A stretch of 64,000 bases of DNA from Phormidesmis sp. (lineage in GTDB: Bacteria; Cyanobacteriota; Cyanobacteriia; Leptolyngbyales; Leptolyngbyaceae), in NCBI GenBank assembly GCA_965248535.1, contig CBDFJR010000005.1, positions 1,440,001 to 1,504,000 of the forward strand. The letters are read 5' to 3'. Positions within the stretch are counted from its first letter, which is position 1, and each line of letters begins with the position of its first letter. Shown piece by piece: positions 50,241 through 59,425 of the stretch. The notes beneath the pieces were generated by a model that was not told where the DNA came from, did no database searches, and saw only the letters and a list, made by a program, of their open reading frames with translations. The position numbers were made by a program, and so were the translations under genes.

Positions 50241-50686
50241 GTTAAGCATCGTGGATTAAATCGTATCGGTAACTGGCACAGACCTGGGGCACAGCAGTGC
50301 TATGCCCTTACGCAGTGATACCTCGACCCCTAGATTACGACGCTGTTAAGAATCGTGGATTAAGTCGTATCCGTGACTGGCACAGACCTGGGGCACAGCA
50401 GTGCTATGCCCTTACGCAGTGCTGTGCCCTTACGCAGTGCTGTGCCCTTACGCAGTGATACCTCGACCCCTAGATTACGACGCTGTTAAGAATCGTGGAT
50501 TAAATCGTATCCGTGACTGGCACAGACCTGGGGCACAGCAGTGCTATGCCTTTACGCAGTGATACCTCGACCCCTAGATTACAACGCTGTTAAGAATCGT
50601 GGATTAAGTCGTATCCGTGACTGGCACAGACCTAGGGCACAGCAGTGCTATGCCCTTACGCTCAGCAGTGCTATGCCTTTACGCTC
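50241..50686. repeat. Tandem array of 104-bp units with a REP-like palindrome (BIME-like)
   Basis: Units start at 50241, 50345, 50485 and 50589 (partial); core GGGCACAGCAGTGCT(A/G)TGCCC; unit 2 has two extra 18-bp copies. Confidence 0.95.
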
Positions 50687-51204
50687 AGAGCGGCTCGAAT
50701 GGCTTCGACTCGTTGGCGATTGACTCCTAGATCAGATTTGCCTAAGCGAGCAGCCGATCGAACGTGGATCACGCCTGCCGTTTTGTCTAAATAAAACTCA
50801 ACGTCATCGACAAACCCCATCAGGCTGCTGGCAAACTCGGCATACAAATAATTCTCGCTCTCTGTCACGATTTTAGTGCGCGGCATTGATTGAATGGTTT
50901 GCTTTAAATCAGCAAACGCTTTTTCTGGCGCTGAGGTGTAGCGGATCGGGTCAATCTTGTGCTCGGCATCGGTGCTAAAGCTGTTGACGCAGTTGGGCGA
51001 GTCGGGGCAGGCAGCCAGCGCGCCGTTTTGAAGACCCAGATTATTGGGGCGAGTGCCCGAAAATGAAAATAGTGCCATAAGGGGAGGATGTAATAGGGTG
51101 GTAGAGCCTGCGGCGACTGGCGTTGAGGCAGATAGCCAAGTGGCGATCGTTAAAATTAATGAGAGCAAAGAAGCCCAAACTCGCTTAAACGTTAGATACC
51201 GCAT
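50671..51204 (-). CDS. DUF1499-domain protein
   Basis: LAACPDSPNCVNS, GFVDDVEF, RSAARLGKSDLGVNRQR. Confidence 0.9.
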   Translation of the reverse strand: MRYLTFKRVWASLLSLILTIATWLSASTPVAAGSTTLLHPPLMALFSFSGTRPNNLGLQNGALAACPDSPNCVNSFSTDAEHKIDPIRYTSAPEKAFADLKQTIQSMPRTKIVTESENYLYAEFASSLMGFVDDVEFYLDKTAGVIHVRSAARLGKSDLGVNRQRVEAIRAALSVKA

Positions 51205-51244
51205 GGAAGTTTTTGGATAGAGCTAGCTTTAGTAGTCTATCGGA

Positions 51245-51496
51245 TTAATTTTGTGAATTGGGCTTGAGGCGTTTGACCACCCAGCTAGCCGCACCGCTCA
51301 CGATCGCGCCTGCCATGAGAATTCCGATCGCGGGGGTAAACACAGGCTCCCAAAGCTTATACCAAAGATCTAATCCTAAAGGCACCTTAGCGCCGCGACC
51401 AATCACCGCCACCATCAGCCACGCAAAGCTAAACAGCACCAAGAACAGATCTAACATCAAGACAAAATTAAGCCATTTCAAGAACTGATCTTTCAC
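51245..51496 (-). CDS. Small conserved membrane protein
   Basis: Two TM helices; LGLDLWYKLWEPVFTPAIGILM. Confidence 0.75.
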   Translation of the reverse strand: MKDQFLKWLNFVLMLDLFLVLFSFAWLMVAVIGRGAKVPLGLDLWYKLWEPVFTPAIGILMAGAIVSGAASWVVKRLKPNSQN

Positions 51497-51545
51497 GAGG
51501 GGTTTGCGCTCTCTGCGGCGGGGAAGGGTTCTTCTTTAGACTACC

Positions 51546-51583
51546 AAAAAAGAGGGCTGCGCTGAAATTCAGCGCAGCCTTTT
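51546..51583 (-). terminator. Rho-independent terminator (possibly bidirectional)
   Basis: GGCTGCGCTGAA pairs with TTCAGCGCAGCC; flanked by A- and T-runs. Confidence 0.75.
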
Positions 51584-51617
51584 AAACGTGATTCAATCAT
51601 TTATCTGATCAAAATCT

Positions 51618-51824
51618 CTACAACTCTTCAAAGGTTAGAAACTCTTTGTGATGCGATCGCTGAAGATTTTCTGGGTCTACGTAGTGACAGACCGAATCGC
51701 TGATGCAAATCACTGCCCAACCCGACTCTTGAATCTCCATCAGTCGATATCCTGAAGCTTTCTGAACAAAGTAACCTTTGTGATTGCGTGTTCCTGGTTT
51801 GACCCCAATATACTCAACAAACAT
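51618..51824 (-). CDS. Small hypothetical protein (68 aa)
   Basis: AAGGAG RBS, downstream terminator, own long upstream region. Confidence 0.65.
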   Translation of the reverse strand: MFVEYIGVKPGTRNHKGYFVQKASGYRLMEIQESGWAVICISDSVCHYVDPENLQRSHHKEFLTFEEL

Positions 51825-52296
51825 GGCACTCGCTCCTTAAGTTAAGAATACTTGCATGAGAAATCTTCACTCCTATTCACCGTTGAAATGGAAATGGTTG
51901 AGTTGATTAAACAGAACTTTTTTAGATAGCAAATGACAGGTTTCTTGAATGTGCTTCTCGCACGCAGCACTCAAAAATTATCCTGGATGCTAACTGTAAA
52001 AGTGGGATGAAAATAGCTCATTACCTAATGTATTGAATACTAGCACTCCCTTTCTGAGATTCTCATTAAGTTATTAACGTAATTATTGCGTAAGGTGAAC
52101 TTGAGTATTGCAATCTAGAAATAGAAAATATGGCTGCTATTGGACTAGCCAGCTTGTGTTTCAACCATTTGGGGTGATCGGTTTTGAGAAATGGGGGCGC
52201 GATCGGGCCTCATCACGCGTCTAAACTGATCGATGTCTGCTCACCATTTCTGAGAAAACGGCTTAATCTTAAGTCTAGATCTGGATTTAAACGTCT

Positions 52297-53232
52297 ATGG
52301 CTCTTCCTCATGTGGTCGTTTTTGGCAGCATTAATATGGATCTGGTGGCCAATGCCCCGCGTCTGCCCGTGCCCGGAGAAACGTTAATCGGGCATCATTT
52401 TTCTATGGTTGCAGGCGGAAAGGGAGCAAATCAGGCCGTCGCGATCGCTCGTCTCAATGTTCCAACGGTGATGATTGGGCGAGTCGGAAACGATCGCTTT
52501 GGGCAAGCACTTCTACAAAGTCTAGAATCCGAACATATTCAAATCGAGAATGTTTTAGTAGATGGATCAGTTAGCTCTGGTGTGGCGCTAATTGCCATTG
52601 ATGATCGAGGTGAAAACACAATCATTGTGATTCCAGGTGCAAACGCACGGGTAAATGACTCCGACATCGAAGCATTATCGCTTCATTTAACGGGAGCAGA
52701 TTCACTATTACTGCAATTAGAAAGTCCGATCGCGGCCGTCCAAGCTGCTGCTCAAGTGGCTAAAAAACTCGGCGTTCGGGTGATTCTCGATCCGGCTCCA
52801 GCGCGGTCTGACCTGCCGATCGACCTCTATCCGCTCATTGATATTTTGACCCCAAACGAGGTTGAAACTGCCCAACTGGTTGGCTTTCCGATCGAGAGTC
52901 CGGCTCTGGCTGCCGAAGCCGCCACCGTTTTGCAGCAGCGCGGAGTCAACACCGTCGTGATCAAACTGGGGGCAAAAGGCGGATTTTGCGCCACACTTGA
53001 CGAAGCTTTCTTTTTCCCAGCGTTTGACGTAGCCGCAATCGACACCGTAGCCGCCGGAGATGCCTTCAACGGTGGACTTGCCGCTGCCCTCGCCGACGGA
53101 AAACCGATTCGAGAAGCCGTGATTTGGGGAGCCGCCGCCGGAGCACTCGCCACCACAAAACCAGGGGCACAGAGTTCACTGCCCGATCGCGCCACCTTGA
53201 TCACGTTTCTTGAGCAACAAACCAATCGATAA
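52297..53232 (+). CDS. rbsK: Ribokinase
   Basis: GSINMDL, GGKGANQA, PNEVE, DTVAAGDAF. Confidence 0.95.
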   Translation: MALPHVVVFGSINMDLVANAPRLPVPGETLIGHHFSMVAGGKGANQAVAIARLNVPTVMIGRVGNDRFGQALLQSLESEHIQIENVLVDGSVSSGVALIAIDDRGENTIIVIPGANARVNDSDIEALSLHLTGADSLLLQLESPIAAVQAAAQVAKKLGVRVILDPAPARSDLPIDLYPLIDILTPNEVETAQLVGFPIESPALAAEAATVLQQRGVNTVVIKLGAKGGFCATLDEAFFFPAFDVAAIDTVAAGDAFNGGLAAALADGKPIREAVIWGAAAGALATTKPGAQSSLPDRATLITFLEQQTNR

Positions 53233-54022
53233 GCTTGCGCGCAATGCTCAGTTTTGGCGGAATGTCGGGCAAATTGTGTTTGTGAAACCAGGCAGCTTCG
53301 GCGATTTCTGCTGGCTCGATCGCAATCTCTCCCCCCGCATAAACTGCCGTAAACCCAATCATCAACGAGTTAGGAAACGGCCAAGGCTGAGAGCCAAAAT
53401 AACGAATGTCCTTCACCTCAATGCCCACTTCTTCACGCACCTCGCGAATCAGCGTCTCTTCGAGCGATTCACCTGGCTCCACAAAGCCCGCCAACACGCT
53501 AAACATTGACGACGGAAACCGGGGCGCACGCGCTAACAAAACGTCTTCACCGCGAGAAATCAACACAATAATCGCAGGCGACAACCGCGGATAGTTGACC
53601 AACTCACAGCTAGGACAGCGTTTGGCTCGGTCTCCGATTAACTGGATCATGGGCGTGGCGCAATGTCCACAATATTGATGCGTGCGATCCCACTCCATGA
53701 TCTGAAAAGCGCGACCGCCCACGCCAAACAGATCATCATCTAACTTCCCATACAGTTCACGAAGCCCCTGAGCAGCCATATCTGGGGGGATTACGGCATC
53801 TTGACTCAACTCGGCAGAATAGCAGGGACGCGCATCTAGCGTGCCTAAAAATTGGGTGCGAATGGGGGACAGCCCGATCGTGGTCAGGCTGGTTAGATGC
53901 GGAATCTGATAGTCATCGTTTTTGGGGTAGACGAGTAATTTATTTCCTATAAATGCAAACCACCAGGCAACCTGTGATGGCTCTGCGGGAGGAGTCGAGC
54001 TAGAAACAAACGTTCGGTGCAT
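53201..54022 (-). CDS. nudC: NAD(+) diphosphatase
   Basis: Zinc finger CGHC...CPSC, Nudix box GFVEPGESLEETLIREVREEVG, SQPWPFPNS. Confidence 0.95.
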   Translation of the reverse strand: MHRTFVSSSTPPAEPSQVAWWFAFIGNKLLVYPKNDDYQIPHLTSLTTIGLSPIRTQFLGTLDARPCYSAELSQDAVIPPDMAAQGLRELYGKLDDDLFGVGGRAFQIMEWDRTHQYCGHCATPMIQLIGDRAKRCPSCELVNYPRLSPAIIVLISRGEDVLLARAPRFPSSMFSVLAGFVEPGESLEETLIREVREEVGIEVKDIRYFGSQPWPFPNSLMIGFTAVYAGGEIAIEPAEIAEAAWFHKHNLPDIPPKLSIARKLIDWFVAQET

Positions 54023-54082
54023 GATGAGAGGCTCAGAATCGCCCTCATAGTAACACTTGTGCAGATGGAGCATGGCGAACCA
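53976..54082. repeat. 107-bp direct repeat, copy 1 (nudC 5' end, upstream region, MFS 3' end)
   Basis: Identical to 55627-55733; diverged similarity continues for about 26 bp. Confidence 0.95.
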
Positions 54083-54396
54083 ATCAGCGATGCAGCCCGA
54101 TCATCACGCTTCACTACACTGTTGGCGATCGAGTCTTCTGTACCGATATAAATCAGCAGCAAGAGACAAGAGACGAGCACGATCGGAGTATTGAACGCCC
54201 GACGAAGATTGGCTTTGGTGCTGTCTCTTGCACTACAGTGCTCGATAATACAGGGTGCTTCAAGTCAGAATCTTTCTCTATATCTTGTCAGCTTGCTTAC
54301 GATATAGGGTGCAACGAGCAAATACCTGAAACTCAAGGTCATACTCCTCTGTCATCCCTCGGCGTTACAGTGCAAAATCTAACCATGCTTACCAAC

Positions 54397-54858
54397 TTAC
54401 TTAAAACCTTCCTGCTTAATGATCTGCCCTGATGACAACTTGTGGAACTCACCTAGCCGCATTGGAGATCCATCTGGCTTGTAAAGTTGAACACCTGATG
54501 GCTCACCGTTTTTGACAATGGGCTTCATAGAACATCCTTCCATGCCAGGAAGCTCCAGTCTACCGTCGGGATAAACCGTAATCCCATTCGGGAGTTGAAC
54601 AGGTTTGTCTCCTCCTGGCATCACTGCCCACGCTCCGGCAGAAACTCTCTCGACTTCTCCAGGTTTCATCCGATTTGCTCCTCCGACTCTGGATCTGCTT
54701 TTTAATTCACACAGTTTGTTTAGCAATACTACTTGCCCAGAGGCTGTCTTCATGTAGCAACCTTCAACCTCGTCAGCGATTGATGACTTGCTCAGAACCA
54801 TGAAGGTGCCAGCACACCCTAACAAAATACTTGCAACTCTACATATCAGTGAAACCAT
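54397..54858 (-). CDS. Secreted hypothetical protein (paralog of 54945-55421)
   Basis: AGGAG RBS, signal peptide, CYMKTASGQVVLLNKLC, PNG...YPDGR, LSSGQIIKQ. Confidence 0.75.
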   Translation of the reverse strand: MVSLICRVASILLGCAGTFMVLSKSSIADEVEGCYMKTASGQVVLLNKLCELKSRSRVGGANRMKPGEVERVSAGAWAVMPGGDKPVQLPNGITVYPDGRLELPGMEGCSMKPIVKNGEPSGVQLYKPDGSPMRLGEFHKLSSGQIIKQEGFK

Positions 54859-54944
54859 CAGAACGACTCCTGCAAAAGACTGGCATCTTATCCTCGAACA
54901 ATTGCTTATCCAAGTGTTAGTCAAGCCCATACAAATCAAATACT

Positions 54945-55421
54945 TCAGAAAGGCAGTTGCTCGACCACATCTCCAGAGGACAATCTTAATTTCTCACCGG
55001 GTTTCAAAGGTGTAATCTTGTCTAATTTGAAGTGTTGAATCCCTACGACTTTGTTATCTTTAAGAACTAATTTAACCGTGTGTCCATTTTGCTGAGTTAC
55101 TCTTCCGTCAGGCCAGATAATTCCTCCGTCAGGATTCTTAAAAGGTCGTTGTCCTCCTTCTCTAACTATCCAAATACCATTGGAATTATCACGTTGCACG
55201 AAATTGGGATCGTAGTTGTTCTCATCCCACATCTCATCATTCATTTTTCTTTCCTCCGATTTCCCACAAATCTTGCTCAAAGGAATCCTCTGCCCAGGGG
55301 TTGTTTCCAAATAGCAAAGCTCTTCCTGTTGCGCTTGCACAAAATCCCTTGCTGACACCATCGCGACCACAACTAAAGGTAGGAATACTGACCAAAGCTT
55401 TAATGGAATTCTAAACCTCAT
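54945..55421 (-). CDS. Secreted hypothetical protein
   Basis: AGGAG RBS, signal peptide (VQA-QQ), CYLETTPGQRIPLSKIC, PDG...WPDGR, LSSGDVVEQ. Confidence 0.8.
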   Translation of the reverse strand: MRFRIPLKLWSVFLPLVVVAMVSARDFVQAQQEELCYLETTPGQRIPLSKICGKSEERKMNDEMWDENNYDPNFVQRDNSNGIWIVREGGQRPFKNPDGGIIWPDGRVTQQNGHTVKLVLKDNKVVGIQHFKLDKITPLKPGEKLRLSSGDVVEQLPF

Positions 55422-55626
55422 GAAAGTCTCCTAGTAGAGAGAGTTAGAGCAAACTTTTAATGCAAATGTTGACCTCGTAGTACACAAATACAGCAAACAA
55501 CAGTTCGCCAATGAAAGCGATTAATTGGCGTTAGTTAAAGCCATATTTGATAGGATACCTGCGCTCTTAACTACTAGCGAAACCATTAAAGCTTTCCTTT
55601 TACAAGGAAACCAGCACGATCGCTAA

Positions 55627-55733
55627 GATGGCTCTGCGGGAGGAGTCGAGCTAGAAACAAACGTTCGGTGCATGATGAGAGGCTCAGAATCGCCCTCATA
55701 GTAACACTTGTGCAGATGGAGCATGGCGAACCA
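55627..55733. repeat. 107-bp direct repeat, copy 2 (contains a truncated nudC start, MHRTFVSSSTPPAEPS*)
   Basis: Identical to 53976-54082. Confidence 0.95.
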
Positions 55734-55895
55734 GCCAGCGATCTAGCCCGCTCATCACGATCGTCAACGGCACCAGCAGTATCGGAATGATTTCTAGCCC
55801 GGCTCGATCGGCCGCCCAGCCCACGATCGTGGGAATCAAGGCAGAACCCAAACTGCCCATGCTGGCGAGAAAGCCAATCGCAGCAGGCACGATCG
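55696..55895 (-). pseudogene. 3' remnant of an MFS transporter
   Basis: IVPAAIGFLASMGSLGSALIPTIVGWAADRAGLEIIPILL...; cut off by transposase sequence. Confidence 0.7.
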
Positions 55896-56488
55896 GGGTG
55901 CAGAAGCGACGAGGCAGACCGCGCAAGTACAACGGCAAAGTTGACCTCCAAGACCTGACCCGCTTCACCTTTGTGGAAACCGTGCACCCCCAGGTTGACC
56001 TTTACACTGCCCGACTCTGGCACGTCTCGTTGAAACGGGAGATTCGAGTCGTCTACCTGATTGACCGTCGCCTTCCCAATCGAGTTCGTTCCTGCTTGCT
56101 CTTCAGTACCGATGTCGAGCAAGACCCCAAGCAGATTTACCAGTTCTATAAATTGCGCTTTGGGATTGAGTTTCTCTTCTGCGATGCCAAGCAATTCACG
56201 GGATTGAGTGATTGCCAAGCCCGTGACCTCTTGAAGCTAGACTTCCATTTCAATGCCAGTTTTACCGTCCTGAATCTTGCTAAACTCGATGCCTATCAAC
56301 CGAATGCTAGACAACAACCCTTTGTCTTTTCGAGGGCGAGTCTCAAGCGACGGGCGCTCAACGACCCTTTGCTGAACCTCTTTATTTCAAAGTTAGCGCT
56401 GTTCCCCAGGGCGATTAAATCCCATCCTAACTACGAAAGCCTTCGCTCCTACGGCGTTATCGCTGCCTAATTCTGTCCGAAGTATTAG
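55896..56488 (+). mobile_element. 5'-truncated DDE transposase (IS4-like superfamily) with putative right end
   Basis: GRPRKYNGKV, LLFSTD, YKLRFGIEFLFCDAKQFTGL; stop at 56470, followed by TTCTGTCCGAAGTATTA (IR-like). Confidence 0.85.
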
Positions 56489-56777
56489 TTTACAGAAAAT
56501 GAGGTAGAAAGCGCCCTTGACCAGCTTTCTGAAGCTGAACTGGCGGCTTTATTTAACCCCGGTGTAGGAGGTCGCGAACGATTAGTTCCCCGATAGCGGC
56601 GAAGGGCGGCCACAGCCCACAGATTTTGGGTCGAGAGTCGTCGATTAAATCCTATCGGTTACTCAACACTTTAGAACATTTGTTCTATAAATCTGGAAGA
56701 AATGTGTTTTGGTGACGGGCGATCGCGTAGCATATCCTGAGAAACTCTGTGATGCTGTGGCAGCCCTCGCTAAAATC

Positions 56778-58103
56778 ATGCTCAAATCTTGTTCTGTTTG
56801 GTCGGCATTCATCATGCTGGGATTGACGGCTGGCTGCACAGCAGAAGCCTCTAAATCAACGGCTCCTGAAGTGACTGTTGCGCCCGTTGAGGCAAAGCCT
56901 GCTGCCAGCCAAAGTCCGTTTGGGCTGGTGTCGCCAACTGCGCCCGATGCTGCCACCACTCGCACCCTTGAGCAATATCTCAAAAAACTGGCAAATCAAG
57001 GATTTTCAGAGCGATCGCAGGGCGTTTGGATGCAGTCTGGCACCACCCTGCTGGCCAATCATCAAGGCACTACGCCGCTTTCGGCCGCTTCTTTGACAAA
57101 AGTGGCGACCTCGTTAGTGGCTCTGCAAACGTTTGGCGTTGATCATCGGTTTGTGACCGAAATCAGTTCAACCGGGGCGATCGAGAACGGCATTCTCAAA
57201 GGCGATCTGATCATTCAAGGCGGAAACGATCCCCTCTTTGTCTGGGAGGAAGCGATCGCGGTTGGCAACTTGCTGAACCAGCTACAAATTCGTCAGGTGA
57301 CGGGCAATTTGATCATCGTCGGCAGGTTTTATATGAATTTTGACACCGACCCACAAGCGTCGGGCGCGTTGCTCAAGCAAGGGCTGAATGCCGCAACCTG
57401 GTCAGAAGACATCAAAACTCAATATCTCACCCTCCCCGCCGGAACGCCGCGCCCGCAACTCACGATCGCAGGGTCTGTGAAAATCGCCAACGCTGCCCCG
57501 GCCAAAGCTAAGTCGCTGTTGCGGCACCAGTCACTGCCGCTAGCAGAATTGCTTAAAAAGATGAATCGCTATAGCAATAACGTGATGGCAGAAATCATTG
57601 CCAGCGCGGTCGGGGGAGCCAAAGTCATCTCGTTTAAGGCAGCGCAGGCAGCAGGCGTTCCGCAATCAGAAGTGCTGCTGATTAATGGATCAGGGTTAGC
57701 CGCCGAAAATCGCCTCTCTCCCCGGGCAGTCTGCGGAATGTTTTTGGCGATCGAGCGACTTCTCGAACCTTCTAAACTCACGGTTGCCGATATTTTCACG
57801 GTCGTTGGGCAAGATAGCGGCGTTCTCGATGCCCGCAAAATTCCGGCGTTGGCAGTCACCAAATCGGGCAGTTTGGATGCCGTCAGTGCCTTAGCAGGCG
57901 CTTTGCCAACGACCCAAAAAGGGGTGGTTTGGTTTGTGGTGATCAACGGGGGAACCAATCATTTAGAGGAGTTTCGAGCCGAGCAAGAGTCTCTATTGCA
58001 GAGTTTGTCTAGTCAGTGGGGAGCGGTGCAGACGGCTCCGGCAGAGTTGTCTGTTAACTCAGAGAGATCGGGCAAAGCATCCGTGAATGAGCGGGTCAAT
58101 TAG
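56778..58103 (+). CDS. dacB: D-alanyl-D-alanine carboxypeptidase (peptidase S13), lipoprotein
   Basis: LTAGC lipobox, SLTK (SxxK), SNN (SxN), KSG, NGSGL. Confidence 0.88.
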   Translation: MLKSCSVWSAFIMLGLTAGCTAEASKSTAPEVTVAPVEAKPAASQSPFGLVSPTAPDAATTRTLEQYLKKLANQGFSERSQGVWMQSGTTLLANHQGTTPLSAASLTKVATSLVALQTFGVDHRFVTEISSTGAIENGILKGDLIIQGGNDPLFVWEEAIAVGNLLNQLQIRQVTGNLIIVGRFYMNFDTDPQASGALLKQGLNAATWSEDIKTQYLTLPAGTPRPQLTIAGSVKIANAAPAKAKSLLRHQSLPLAELLKKMNRYSNNVMAEIIASAVGGAKVISFKAAQAAGVPQSEVLLINGSGLAAENRLSPRAVCGMFLAIERLLEPSKLTVADIFTVVGQDSGVLDARKIPALAVTKSGSLDAVSALAGALPTTQKGVVWFVVINGGTNHLEEFRAEQESLLQSLSSQWGAVQTAPAELSVNSERSGKASVNERVN

Positions 58104-59085
58104 CCTGACTCTGAGGCGATCGGGGATCGACCGGACGGGCCACCAGAATGCCGATCGCGCCATCAAGTCTAGCCACATAGCGTTGAAGATCGGGCGAAAT
58201 CATCACCCCTCTGATAGGAGCCGCATGGATCAAGCCAAGTTCCCCGGTGGGGCTGCGATAAACCAGCCCGGTGTGAGTCACATCTAAACCCGGAACTTGA
58301 GTCGCGATCGCAATCACATCTCCAGCTTCTAAAGCGGCATAGTGGCTCTGAATCTGCTGGGTGGGAATGTAGCGAATGCTGGCGCTATCTAGGTTTGACT
58401 CCATTTGATCAATGCACTGACGATTGGCAGCACTGTGAGCAAGCTGAGGATAAGCCTGCCAATGGACACTCATAAAATTTAGCGTCTTATTGATCGGAAC
58501 GCCGTTTAAATCTGAGGTGAGATCTTTGACGATCGTGCGGTTTTGATTATCGGCCAGCCATTGTGAAAAATAGTGCAGCCGACTGCAATAGCCATTCATC
58601 TCACCATTAACATAGCGTTGCTCACGGATATGAGCGACGAATGTAGCTACTGAATAATCTTGTTCAGCCACTCCTCGCGCTATGGCTAATACGCTTTCAA
58701 TAAACAATACACAGTCAAATTTTTGTAGTGATAGTGTGAGCGTTTCATGAGGCGTTGCATCCAGCAAGTCTTCTTGATAGGGCGTGGTTAATAACTGCTC
58801 AGAGATCGCTTGCATCACGTCTCCGATCGGACGCTGATATAAATGACGATCGCGAGCATAATTCATCACCTGTTGAAATTTGATTTCATCCAGAGTTGAT
58901 AAACCTGTTTCAGTTGAGACTTTTAGCTCTGCAACCGGAGCTTTTGAGAGGTTGAAGGACGCTAAAGGGGGTGCGGTCTGGCTAGAAAAGGTCTGAAACG
59001 GCTGCTTGGCATCCAAGATCCAGGGCACAGCCACCCCACAGCCCACCAGCACCCCCACTAAGGGAAGCCCAACTCGTTTTTTCAT
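58096..59085 (-). CDS. DUF1460 / AmiA-like N-acetylmuramoyl-L-alanine amidase
   Basis: FDCVLFIE, RLHYFSQW, GLDVTHTG, IHA. Confidence 0.87.
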   Translation of the reverse strand: MKKRVGLPLVGVLVGCGVAVPWILDAKQPFQTFSSQTAPPLASFNLSKAPVAELKVSTETGLSTLDEIKFQQVMNYARDRHLYQRPIGDVMQAISEQLLTTPYQEDLLDATPHETLTLSLQKFDCVLFIESVLAIARGVAEQDYSVATFVAHIREQRYVNGEMNGYCSRLHYFSQWLADNQNRTIVKDLTSDLNGVPINKTLNFMSVHWQAYPQLAHSAANRQCIDQMESNLDSASIRYIPTQQIQSHYAALEAGDVIAIATQVPGLDVTHTGLVYRSPTGELGLIHAAPIRGVMISPDLQRYVARLDGAIGILVARPVDPRSPQSQAN

Positions 59086-59425
59086 AACCCGATGTTTTCG
59101 TCGATCACCTCTGGGAGACTAACACACGATCGCCGCTTCAACCTTGTCAAATCAGATACCCGTTCTTTCTACTGTTAGAGAATTTACTGATAGATCCTTA
59201 GTGTTCACCCCAAACACTGAACCGGGATCTTGTCTTTTAGAATTAATTTGCAGAAACTTCCTGATTTCGCCTCCGCTTGATGAACTTACAAGGTAAGGCT
59301 GCTCAACTTTATATAATTTTGATGAAAACTCAGCAATTTCCTCTAGTCTGTGTTTCACGACTAATCTTCCTGTGGTAGGCTCGGAACAATAAGGCTAGGA
59401 AAATGTTTTATAGATAGATCCAGCC

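Noticed and set aside
50241..50686. CRISPR array (palindromic repeat next to a nuclease gene)
   Set aside because: The sequences between the palindromes are near-identical rather than unique spacers, the period is 104 bp, and there are no cas genes.
50541..50723. 60-aa ORF in the repeat array, and the many other short overlapping ORFs in the track
   Set aside because: They derive from repeat sequence or are antisense or alternate-frame shadows of well-supported genes.
53976..55733. Prophage or integrase-type attL/attR island
   Set aside because: No integrase, tRNA target or phage genes; kept only as a repeat-flanked islet.
55586..56218. 210-aa minus-strand ORF
   Set aside because: Antisense shadow of the transposase running through the MFS remnant and the 107-bp repeat.
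55787..56470. 227-aa ORF as an intact transposase
   Set aside because: The first ~36 codons are the antisense of the MFS remnant; the N-terminal DDE region and left end are missing.
56490..56596. Short open frame ...NEVESALDQLSEAELAALFNPGVGGRERLVPR* after the IS end
   Set aside because: Possibly the 3' remnant of an interrupted gene, but there is no start codon or recognisable motif.
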